From contig NC_082731.1 in assembly GCF_030144855.1 (NCBI RefSeq), forward strand, positions 28,148,001 to 28,212,000: a stretch of DNA of 64,000 nucleotides, read 5' to 3'. The stretch is from Hypanus sabinus. Lineage: Eukaryota. Below, in pieces: positions 52,579 through 63,009 of this stretch (position 1 is its first letter; every line of letters starts with the position of its first letter). The notes beneath the pieces are model-generated. The model ran no database searches and was not told the origin of the DNA. It worked only from the letters and a program-made list of their open reading frames with translations. A program made the position numbers and the translations under genes.

Positions 52579-55500
52579 AATAAGTTATAGCAGTAGAATT
52601 AGGCCATTTTGCCCCATCAAGTCTGCTTCACCATTTCATCATGGCTGATCCATTTTCCCTCTCAACCCCAATCTCCTGCCTTCTCCCTGTACACGTTCAT
52701 GCCCTGACTAATCAAGAATCTATCATCCTCTGCCTTGAATATACCTAAAGAATTGGCTTCCACAGCTGCATGTGACAGCAAATTCCACAGGTTCATCACT
52801 CTCTGCTGAAAAAAGTTTGTCCTTATCTCCTTTCTAAAAAAGGCCCCTCAATTTTGATGCTGTGCTCTCTGGTCCTAGACTCTTCCACCATAAGAAGCTT
52901 CCTCAACTCTGCCTGCCCCTCCACCTATCTTTCTATCATTTGCAACCCTGCCATACAAGCCATCAATTCCATTATCCAAATTATTGATATTTTACATGAA
53001 GAGATGTTGTCGCATATAGTCACTGGTCACTGGCAGCTAACCAGAAAAGGCTCCCTTTATTCCTAATCTTTGCCTCCTGACAATCAGCCAGCATTCTAAC
53101 CACCCCAGTATCTTTCCTGTAGTATAATGGGTTCTAAGGCAACACCACAAAATGCTGGTTGAGCTTAGCAGGCCTGGCAGCATCTGTGTAAAAGAGTCAA
53201 CAGTCCATGTTTCAGACTTGATGAAGGGTCTTGGCCCGAAACATCTTTTGTTTACTCTTTTCCATAGATACTGTCTGGCATCATCTGGCCTGTAGAATAT
53301 TTCTTCTTTAGGATAGATCTATTTTGTGCATTCCAATTTTCTCCCAGAATCTCCAGCTATTGCTTATCTGCCATCATCCCTGCTGGTATCCCCTTCCAAT
53401 CAATTTTGGCCAGCTCCTCTCAATGCCTCTGAAATTCCCTTTACTCCACAGTAATACTGATAAATATGACTTTAGCTCACCTTCTCAAAATAATTGCAGG
53501 GTGGATTCTATCATATTATGATCACTGGCTCCTAAGAGTTCCTTTAATTTTAACTCCGATTCATTGCACAACCTCAAATCCAGAATAGCTAATTGCCTAG
53601 TGGGCTCAAACACCAGCTGCTCTAAAAAAGAAAGCTAGTAGACATTCTACAAACTCATTCCCTTGGGATCCGGCACCAAAACGATTTAGTACTGCACAGG
53701 ACATTCAGCCCACAATGATGTGCTGAACCAGCTGTAAAGCAAATCAAAACCATCCAGACATCAGTCCCTCCTACTTACACCATGTCCACAGCCCTCCTAC
53801 TTCCTTAGAAAAACTGGGAAAGAAATACTTTCTGTCCACTCTATCTATGCCTCTCATAATCTTGAAAACCTCTATTAGATCCTTTAGCTCTGATGCTCCA
53901 AAGAAAACAAACCAAATTTATCCAGCCTCTCATGATAGCACATGCTCTCTAAACCAGGCAGCGTCCTCATAAACCTCTTCTGCGCCCTCTCCAAAGCCTC
54001 AATATATTTCCTATAGTGGGGCAACCAGAACTCTACGCAATACTCCAGATGTGATTGAACCAGAGTTTTGTAAAGCTGCAACATAACCTCCTGACCTTTG
54101 AACTCAATGCCACAACTAATAAAAGCAAGCCTTCCATAAACCTTGTTAACCCCCTTATTGACCTGCGCGGCCACTTTCAAGGAGTTTGAACTTGCATCCC
54201 AAGATCTCTCTGCTCAGCAACACGGTTAAGGACCTTACCCTTAAAGGTGTACCCTTGTTCCCTTCATAAATAGAGGCACAACATTAGTACTGAGGACTTA
54301 TGTATCTTAATTGCTTTTTGGAGGCCCAATACTCCCTCCAATTTTACCTCAAAATGTCTGAATTTATTTATACACTCAGCACTGATCTCTTGATCCTCCA
54401 CATCCTTTACTTTTGTAAAGACTGAAGCTAAGTACTTATTAAGTACCTCACTCCCATTCTCTGCATCCAAGTAGATATTTCTCCCTTTATCATTGAGTGG
54501 TCCCACCCTCTCCTCAGTTATCCTCTTACCATTGACATATGTATAGAATGCCTTGGGATTCACCTTATCCAACTTGCCAAGGATTTTTCATGGCCCATCC
54601 TGGCTTTCGTAATTCCCTTTGGTTCCTTTCTGGCTTCTTTGATTTTGTTTGATTTTACCCTCTGAAGATTTACATACATTATCTTTTTCTTCTTGACTAA
54701 ATTCATCACCTCTCTGAACATCCAGGGTTCTCTTATCTTTCCATCCCCATCCTTCCTTCTGACAGGAACATACTTTTCCTGTACTCTGTGCAATTGCTCT
54801 TTAAACACCCTCCACATGTCTGATGTGGACTTGCCAGAGAAAAGGTGTTTCCAATTAACACTTCTTAGTTCCTGCCATATGTCCTTGTAAATTGCCCTAT
54901 GCCAATTTAAAATTGTTCCACAAGGATAATACCTATCTTTGTAGATAGTTATCCTAAAAGTTAACGAGTTGTCACTCGTCCGTCACTGTTCACCCACTGA
55001 AAGGTCAGTCACGTGTCCAGGCTCATTCTCCAGTACCAGGAGCAGGGTGGCCCGTCCTTTCATTGGACCGTACACATACTGATTTGAGAAACCTTTCTGG
55101 ATATACTTAACAAATTCAGCCCTATTGGAATCCCCTAATCTCTCCCATGTAGCAAGAGCGAATCTTGAAGCCAGGATAATGATTCCCCTGAGATTCAGGT
55201 GCAATCTGACTCAATCAACCTGCATTTTGAAATTCCCGATGATTATCTTAACATTTGACGTGCATTTTCTGTCTCCTGTTGTAATTTGTAGACCACATAT
55301 TTGCTATACTGTTTGCAGGTCTGTTTATAACTCCCATCAGTGTCTTTCACTCTTGCAAATTCTACACCATCTGATCCTATGTCACTACTTTCTTGTGATT
55401 TAATTTTTTACCAACTCAGCCACACCACAACTTCAACCTATATTCCTGTCCTTTTGATACAATGTCTATCCTTGGGCATCAATCTTCTTTCATCCACAAT

Positions 55501-55900
55501 TCAGTGATGCCCACAAGTTCATACATGCCAATCTGTAGCTGTGCTGCAAGTTCATCTAGCCTACTCCATATACTATGTGCATTCAAATATAACACCTTCA
55601 GTCCTATATTCATCACAGTTTAAAATTTTGTCCCCTTTCACATTGCAACTCATCCTATTGAGTGCAATTTTACCCAAACATCATCTTCTCTCTAGCAGTC
55701 TCACTACACACTGCCTCGGTTTGTAAACCAACAATTTGATCCTCATCCCTTTCACTTCATTCCCCATCCACCTGCCAAATTAAACCCTTCTGAATAGCAC
55801 TAGCAAACCTGTCTGCAAATCTGTTTGTCCCCCATGGATTCAGGTGTAATCTGTCCCTTTTGTACACCTCATAACTTCTGCTTATCAAGGCCCAGAGGCT
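52579..55900 (-). mobile_element. Mosaic of CR1 LINE fragments of more than one family
   Basis: ORFs 53884-54180 (LVQSHLEYCVEFWLPHYRK), 54264-54572 (KAFYTYVNGKR) and 54560-54817, plus endonuclease remnants. Confidence 0.75.
53140..53285. repeat. Imperfect hairpin repeat, probably derived from Penelope-like element termini
   Basis: Arm ggcagcatctgtgtaaaagagtcaaca pairs with tgtttactcttttccatagatactgtc around a gatgaagggtcttggcccgaaac core. The family assignment is from recall only. Confidence 0.45.
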
Positions 55901-56069
55901 CGGAGTGAAGAGGAAAGGTGTAAAGTCCGAGCGGTTGTGAAAGGCCTCAGACTGCATTGTCTGTTGATTGTGCTGTCGTTGGGGTTGCAGTGTCAGAGAA
56001 TGCAATGTGGTGAGACAAGGAAGGTGAAAGTTTGGGTTTCAGGGATGCCTCCATTAGTCAATTAGTTAC

Positions 56070-56212
56070 CTTGACAACGGTGACGAAGGTGCTGTAGAGG
56101 AAACTGATGATGAACAGAATGGCAAAGGCAGCAACTGTAGGCAGATTGTCATCTCCATCCACGCGTCCCTGTTCTTCCTTCCCCTCCTCCCCTGTCAAGT
56201 CTGTGCAGATTT
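56070..56212 (-). CDS. IgW: Ig heavy-chain TM1 exon (membrane-proximal spacer plus transmembrane helix)
   Basis: tctttcag|AA ATC TGC...GTC AAG|gtaact, 143 nt. Translation (E)ICTDLTGEEGKEEQGRVDGDDNLPTVAAFAILFIISFLYSTFVTVVK carries the antigen-receptor F...F..S..YST motif. The phase-1 start fits the CH4 donor. Confidence 0.92.
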
Positions 56213-56724
56213 CTGAAAGATTTGAGAAAGTGAGAGAGTTAATTTCTCGTCAATAATTCTTGAAGATCAACATGGCAATAAACTTGAGTAAACTTGAAGA
56301 CTTGGTTGCTGCCTATTCATTTCATCGATTATTATCTCTGTAGTTAAAACCTTCCAGATGCTGACAGATCTGCCAGCCATGTGTGAGTGGCAAAGGTGGT
56401 CATGTGTGTTTCTGCCCAATATCTAAACCATGAATAAATCCAGTGAATAGTGTCAGCACTCAACACATTGCTGCAGGTGCCAGGGTATCACTGGCTACAT
56501 ATTGTCCCTTCTTTCTCTAACTCTCCACTTTCTGAATGAATTCACCAAATGTCTTCACAGAGTTGATAAAGTACCTTTCCCTGTCAATTAACTTTGTATA
56601 TTTGAAACAGTAGACCAATCCGGAATGTTTAGCCTCTCAAGTAGTCTATACAAGTTTCCAACAAGATCAAACCTGACACAAGGAAGTGTTAACAAGAACT
56701 GCAGGATCTCAGAAGTGTTAGTAA

Positions 56725-56744
56725 TTTATTTTCATGTATTTAAT
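56725..56744 (-). terminator. Candidate secretory-form poly(A) signal (ATTAAA then AATAAA)
   Basis: On the minus strand ATTAAA (56744-56739) and AATAAA (56730-56725) are followed by a U/GU-rich stretch. They lie in unique sequence between the C exons and TM1, where a secretory poly(A) site is expected. Confidence 0.45.
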
Positions 56745-56756
56745 CATGAAATTAGT

Positions 56757-57600
56757 CTGAGTACAGAGAGGAAATTAAAAAGCTGGTGGCATGGTGCGAA
56801 GACAATAACCTATCCCTCAAAGTCAGCAAGACAAAGGAATTGGTTGTTGACTTCAGAAGGAGTAGCGAACCACACAACCCCATCTACATCGGTGGTGTGC
56901 AGGTGGAACAGGGCAAAAGCTTTAAGTTCCTTGGGATGAATATCACAAATGACCTGATTTGGTCTGACCAAGCAGAGTCCACTGCCAAGCAGGCCCACTA
57001 GTGTCTTTACTTCCTGAGAAAGCTGAAGAAATTTGGCCTGTCCCCTAAAACCCTCACTAATTTTTATAGTTGCATCGTAAAAAGCATTCTTCTAGGGTGC
57101 ATCACAAGCTGGTATGGAAGTTGTCCTGTCCAAGACCGGAAGAAGCTGCAGAAGATAGTGAACATAGCCCAGCACATCACACAAACCAATCTTCCATCCT
57201 GGGACTCACTTTACACCAGACGCTGTCAGAGCAGTGCTGCCAGGATAATCAAAGACAAGACCCACTCAGCCAACACAATTTTTGTCCCACTTCCCTCTGG
57301 GAGAAGGTACAGGAGCATGAAGATTCGTACGGCCAGATTTGGAAACAGCTTCTTTCCAACTGTGATAAGACTGCTGAACAGATCCTGACCCAGATCTGGA
57401 CCGTACCTTCCAAATATCTGGACCTGATCTGCAATACCTTATTTTCCCTTTTCTATTTTCTAATTATGATTTATAATTTAAATTTTTATTATATTTATTT
57501 TGACTTGTACTTCAGGGAGCTTGAAGCACAGAAACAAATATCACTGTGATGATTGTACGCTCTAGTATCAATTGTTTGTTGACAATAAAGTAAAGTAATA
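56757..57600 (+). mobile_element. 5'-truncated Rex1/Babar LINE, antisense within the Ig gene
   Basis: EYREEIKKLVAWCEDNNL...FKFLG...PSGRRYRSMKIRTARFGNSFFPTVIRLLN; tail aataaagtaaagt. Confidence 0.88.
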
Positions 57601-57609
57601 TATATGTGC

Positions 57610-57811
57610 ACAGAGTTAATGAGAAGGGTCTTGCAGGTAGTCTTGCTTGTTTCAGTGATGTGAACTACACTGTTGTAGGATCAACTATCAATTGAAGGTT
57701 GACAATTGGAGTTGTCAGCCACTCTGTCCATGGGAATCTCTGCTGCAGAGAACCCAGTGACCCAACTTCTTTCCATCTCATCTGGTGGGGAAGGGTAACT
57801 TTAGAGGGTTC
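57610..57811 (-). pseudogene. Decayed terminal Ig C-domain exon (CH6-like)
   Basis: After the acceptor cattcccaatag|, allowing one frameshift, it reads EPSKVTL/PPDEMERSWVTGFSAAEIPMDRVADNS. This resembles the PPKVYLLHPS.DE...TNFHPAEIYVGWMANDT pattern of terminal IgNAR/IgW domains. The B-strand Cys segment is missing and stops follow. Confidence 0.5.
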
Positions 57812-58004
57812 CTATTGGGAATGAACTTTTTTTTATATGATGTTTACTGGGAATATTCTGTTCCTACACCATCCAGGCCAATGTTTACATCACTTGAGAT
57901 CTCTCTGCATCTAAAATATGAAGGATTTTTTCATTTGGAAATGAAAGGGAAATTGTGGAAAGTATTCAGCAGGTTAGAGAACATTTATGGACAGATAAAG
58001 GGAT

Positions 58005-58226
58005 AACATTGAGTTAGCATCACAAGTGTACTGTGTACCATTGCTTCAGCACTAGTTCTGTGCCTGGTTGAGTACTGTGCATCTCTCTGGTTTACTGGAA
58101 CTCAGCAACTGTCTGGTGTCCAGTTACATTCCACAATGCCTGCTCCAGTGAAACTCAGTTCCTCCAGTTCTGCTGACAGATAGAGTTGCTTCATGTCTCT
58201 GAGACACTGGTGAGCAAACGTTGATC
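58005..58226 (-). pseudogene. Decayed Ig C-domain exon (CH5-like)
   Basis: After the acceptor gactgcag|, frameshifted pieces read EATL/C...EFHWSR...PVNQRDAQYST...TSAE/SNGTQYTCDA. These are C1-set landmarks in the correct order, with several small deletions and stops. Confidence 0.5.
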
Positions 58227-58404
58227 CTGCAGTCATTATTTCATCATTCCCTCACTGACAAGGCCTACTGTGATGCTCCAGTAGGTGGATCACAGAGCAG
58301 TGAAGAGTTTGGTGTGGGACTGATGGATATGGGTAAACAGGGTAGGATGGCCAGTGTCCTTCACCAAAGAATTTCAGAGAAATAGTTTGTAATCTCAAAC
58401 TAGA

Positions 58405-58560
58405 ATCCAGCACAGTCACCTCTGGTTGTGTGTTCACGCCGTTGTCCTGAGGCTTGGGAACAGACTGCAGGTCAGTGATCCTGGTACTAGTACTGAGGGA
58501 GTGCTGCACTCTCACACAACTGTCTGAGATGTGACAGACGGGCCCAGACGGACACTTACT
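58405..58560 (+). mobile_element. Ancient Deu-domain SINE remnant (SacSINE1/AmnSINE-like)
   Basis: Contains gtactgagggagtgctgcact, which I recall as the DeuSINE core, preceded by a decayed tRNA-like head (cacctctggttgtgtgttca). Not verified by search. Confidence 0.45.
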
Positions 58561-58778
58561 GATGGACAGACAGACCTTGTGTTGGTAGTTTGGAATAGAG
58601 TCAAGCTTTGAAAGCATCGGATGAACTCTGATTCTTTCCCACTCTCTGCCTCTGCATTATTAATCCACTCACACAACAACAACAATGCCACACTTGCCAT
58701 TACCTATTGACCTTGCTTGGCCCTGAGTTGTGGCTGTGGCAGAGGATGTCAACAGTGGAGTGAATCTCAGAATCATAC

Positions 58779-59096
58779 CTTGAATGTTTTTCACATCCAG
58801 CCTGACGCTGGTGTTGGAGGGGGGATGAGACACTGTGCATCTGAAAACTGAGCCTTCCTTCCACTCCTCTGTGCTCACGGTCAGGACGTAGCTGGCAATG
58901 AAAGTCCCCGCCTGTTCCAGAGCAGCTGGTCTCACACTGATGTTGGAAGAGATCAGAGAGTCCCCTTTCTCCCAGGTGATGGTTATTTGGTTTGGGTAGA
59001 ATCCAGAAGCAATACACTCGAGGGTGACCGTGTTCCCACTCTTGGTCTCTCCCTCTGGCGGGGGCAGCAGTCTGACTTTGGGACCTTTTGTCTCCA
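58779..59096 (-). CDS. IgW: Ig heavy-chain constant exon, IgW CH4-like (homologue of IgNAR C3)
   Basis: ttccag|TG GAG ACA...ATT CAA G|gtatga, 318 nt, phase 1/1. Reads (V)ETKGPKVRLLPPP...TLECIASGFYP...ITWEK...EEWKEGSVFRCTVSHPPS...KNIQ with the Cys-Trp-Cys triad intact. Confidence 0.9.
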
Positions 59097-59184
59097 CTGG
59101 AACTGATGGGCAAACAATGGAAATGTCAAACATTTTTACTGAGGTAACAACGTTGTCCATTTTAATCGCTGACCTCTTGCCCAC

Positions 59185-59487
59185 CTTTGGTACTTTTTGT
59201 CCGTGCTGATACTGGTGAGGTTGAAGAAGGTTGTTGGGCAGAGCAAGTGTACTCCACCCCACTGGCCCACTCCTCCACACTGGTCTGGAGTTGGCTGATC
59301 ACTGTGCCTCGGGTTCTTTCCTCTCTCGGTTTTTTGGTCATGTTTGTTTTGATTTTCCCCCACTCGTTCACCTGCCAGTGGATTTGGACCTGGCTCAGAT
59401 CAGTACCCACAATCATACACACCAGAGTAGCGGTCTGGTTGATCCACATCTCTTCAATGGAGGGGTTTTGGATAAAGACAGACAACT
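59185..59487 (-). CDS. IgW: Ig heavy-chain constant exon, IgW CH3-like (homologue of IgNAR C2)
   Basis: ctgcag|AG TTG TCT...ACC AAA G|gtgggc, 303 nt, phase 1/1. Reads LSVFIQNPSIEEMWINQTATLVC...IHWQVN...VEEWASGVEYTCSAQQ with the Cys-Trp-Cys triad intact. An 88-nt intron separates it from the next exon. Confidence 0.9.
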
Positions 59488-60944
59488 CTGCAGATGAGAA
59501 ATAGAAAATTTACAAACTGGACAATATCTGCTGTCAGCTGGCTTGACAACTTCAGCTCAGACTTATCCTGAAGCTCAATTTGTACAGAATAGTACATTGG
59601 AATGAAATCAGGTTTGTTTGCAGAGTAGGTTGCTCATCTCTGCTTACAACCTTTGACTAAGAAAACAAAATCAAACATTAAGGATCTGATTTCCTCGGGA
59701 CCCAGTCGGGTCACAACAGAGACTATAGGACAGTTGCCCAGCTACGTGACATTTAGCTGCTGGAATGCCAATGAAATATGCTATTGGAGCTGTGAATTGC
59801 AATGAGAGATGCAGTTTCTCATCAAAGACAACACTTTCTGCAATCTTCTTGTCTCAATGCATATGAGAGTCTGTAGATCCACTTATGACATTGATCTGAA
59901 TCAATGAGCTGCCTCATATCTCTTTGGATAGAGCCTGGGATTCCTCCAGACTGAAAATTCTGATGCTGACTTTCGAGTCTCCCATGAAAAATCTTTCCTT
60001 TCATCTCTGTAACTGGTTTGCCACAGTCAATGATCTCACTTTGTCCCAGTTGTCCTGTTCACTTCATCTGTTTCCATCTCTACACTTTAAACCTCCCTGC
60101 CATTCTATTCACCATGGAGTCTGCTTTTCATTTGCTGGACACTCATAGACATGGCTTTGTGTCCCATCATCCAGGTCATCAGTAATATCAGTGAATCATT
60201 GCAGGGCCAGCAAAGATCATTGCAGGACACAGCTCATGATTAAATGCTGCTGGTTTCAGTCCCCTGTCAGATGACACAGTGATAATGGAGTTGTCGATGA
60301 ACGATTGCAAACAATTTCAGTCAATTACTCTACAGCAGATCCAGGCGTGTGGGGGCAGCCTCCTCAGGCCAACATCGGGCAGTCACTGGAAGAGCTGAGC
60401 ACCGTGATCACTAAACATGAAATAGCACACCGGGATTTGAACCAGGACATCTTGAGGAAGTCTCTGAACAACGACCACTAACATATCACCTGTGGAAACA
60501 GTGGAGCCAACACTTTACCACTGTTATACCACCATCAACAATGGTTACCGTGCCAGCCTATGGCCAAATTTTGGTAAGGCCGATCACCTGGCTGTTCTTC
60601 AACTCCCGGCATATAGGCAGAGACTAAAGTCCACAGTGCTGGTAGTGAGGATTAAGAAGATTTGGTCAAGGAAGGCAGAACTGCGCCTTCAGGACATTGA
60701 GTTGGTGAACTGGATAATATTCAGAGACTTATCTTCAAATCGGAATGAATATGCCACAGTTGTCACCAATTTCATCAAGACCTGTGTGGATGAGTGTGTG
60801 CCCTCAAGAGCATACTGGACATAGCCAAAGCAAAAGTTGTGGATGGACCAGGAGAGTTGTCGTCTGCTGAGGTCTCGATCTATGGCTGTCTAACCTGGTG
60901 ATCCTGCATTAGACAAGAAGCCCAAGTATGACCTGCAGAAGAGT

Positions 60945-61786
60945 AAATAAACTCATCTTGGTCAAGATGATGCCAGAGTGCAATACTCCCTCGGTCAACC
61001 TCTTCCAGATAGCTCATGAGAATATCATTTTTTGGTCTTTTACGTCTGTCTTTCTCCTTAAATATGTTTCTGGGACTGTTAGAGTTAGAGACTGTGATTT
61101 TGCTTGGACATTGTTTCAGTGATCCAGCACTCTGCTGTCTTCGTGAAGAATCCGAGCATGTACTCAGATGGCTTCGATGTAATGAAACTTCAAGACAATG
61201 ATTGACTCCATTTCAGCATTTAAACCGTACATTAAGCGAGCGAGAGTTTCAGTGCCGATTGCCTGTCTTCTGATCGGTGCTGGAGATGGATTCTGTGAGC
61301 TGCCCGTTGCTGTGTGGCTCGCTGTGACAGGCGGGTCAGCCTCTCTGCCTCGTGTGGTGTCCCTCTCTGCTCTTACAATGAATGTCAGTGATATCAGAGA
61401 AGGTGTTGTGGCTCTGTGTTTATGGACTGTGGACATTTTCTGACTTATCATTTTATATTCTGTGTTTTTTATTGCCCATTCATTCCTTTTTCCATTTTGT
61501 TGTATGAGGGAAGGGTGTTGGGGTCGGTGTTCTGTTAGTTTTTTGTGTGGGGGAGGGTTTGTTTTTTGGGGTTTGATTTTCCTGTTCCATTCTGTGAAGG
61601 GAAACGAGGATATTGCGGGGGTGAGAGTTTAACGGTCAGGATGCTGATTTTGTCGGTGTACAGGGTGGGTTTGATGTTTCCCTCTGAATGACCTTCATAT
61701 TCATTCTTGTTTTCATGGCAATCTGGAGAACACAAATTTCAAGTTTTACGTGGATACAGGCTTTGATAATAAATGAACCTTTGAAC
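60945..61786 (+). repeat. Unclassified non-coding insertion of about 840 bp with a Rex1-like 3' tail
   Basis: Starts near tcaagatgatgcc and ends ctttgataataaatgaacctttgaac, similar to the tail at 1866-1895. It has no recognisable ORF and interrupts the Rex1 reading path. Confidence 0.4.
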
Positions 61787-63009
61787 AACTCCAATTGAAC
61801 TTAGAGAAGGAATCAGATGCCCTTCAGCTCTGGCAGTTTTCAAGCCATTACTTCCTACAAGATGAAACCCAACTACATGAATGGCAGTGATGCTTCATTC
61901 CCAGATGAACTCAATGCCATTTAAGCACACTTTGAAGGGGAGAATAAAACTACATGTGTGAAAGTCCTAGCGGTGTCTGACAACCCTGTCATATCTGTGT
62001 CGGACACCAACGTCAAAACAGCTTTCAAGAGGGTGAACCCTCACAAGGAATTAGGCCCTGATGGTGTACCTGGTGGGGAATTGAAACCCTGTGCCAACTA
62101 ACTGGTAGGAGAGTTCGGGGACATCTGCAATATCTCACAACTGCAGTCAGAATTTCCACCTGTTTCAAAAGAATGAGAATCATACCAGTGCCCAAGAAGA
62201 GCAGGCTGAGCTGTCTCAATTACTGTTATCCAGTTGCACTCACATCTACTGCTTTGAGAGGTTGGTCGTGGCCAGATTCGACTCCTGCCTAAGCAAGGAC
62301 CTGGACCCACTGCAATTTCCCTATTGCTACAATAGGTCTATAGCAGATGGAATCTCACTTGCTCCCCATTCAGTCTTGGATCACCTGGACAATAACAATA
62401 CCTGCAGTATGTCAGAATGTTGTTTACTTATTACAGCTCAGTGTTCAAAACAATCATACCCTCAGTTCTAATCTACAAGCTCCAAAACCTGGGCCTCTAG
62501 ACCTCCCTCCACAACTGGATCCTTGACATCCTCACTGGGAGACCACAGTCAGTGTGGATCTGAAAGAGCATCTCCTCCTCACTGACAATCAACACTGGGG
62601 CACCTCAAGGATGTGTGCTTAATCCACTGTTCTACTCTCTCTGCACCCACGACTGTGTGACTAGGTACAGCTCAAGTGGCATTTATAAATTTGCTGATGA
62701 ACTATTGTGGGCAGAATTTCAGGGTGATGAGGAGGCATACAAGAGCAGGATAGATCAGCTGGGTAAATGGTATCTCAATAACATCCTTGCATTCAACGTC
62801 AGTAAGCCGAAGCAATTGATTGCAGACTTCAGGAAGGGGAGGTTGTGGGACAACACATCAGTTTTCATTGAGGGATCGGCAGTGGAAAAAGTGAGCAGTT
62901 TCAAGTTCCTGGATGTCAGTATTTCCGAACATCTATCCTGGCTCCAACATATTGATCCAATAACAAAGAAGGCATGACACAAGGTTAATTTTATATTTTA
63001 ATTGGAATT

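Noticed and set aside
58669-59280. 203-aa ORF from the track as a single protein
   Set aside because: It is the CH4 exon plus off-frame CH3, intron and read-through sequence. Splice sites define the real exon as 58779-59096.
59310-59365. Atypical stretch NEWGKIKTNMTKKPREER in CH3 as a compensated frameshift
   Set aside because: The frame is open and the core Cys-Trp-Cys is intact. Without an alignment I cannot distinguish this from ordinary loop divergence.
58779-59487. Assignment of the C exons to IgM
   Set aside because: The motifs (EEMWINQTATLVC, VEEWASGVEYTC, KVRLLPPP...ALEQ) follow the IgW/IgNAR pattern and the TM exon differs from the IgM type. IgNAR is less favoured but not fully excluded.
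60275-60281. CACAGTG heptamer as a recombination signal sequence
   Set aside because: No nonamer at 12 or 23 nt spacing and no adjacent V, D or J coding segment.
59500-60340. CH2 exon or short-form secretory tail in the unique sequence upstream of CH3
   Set aside because: No Ig motifs or convincing exon were found on the minus strand. Treated as intron, with CH1/CH2 presumed outside the window.
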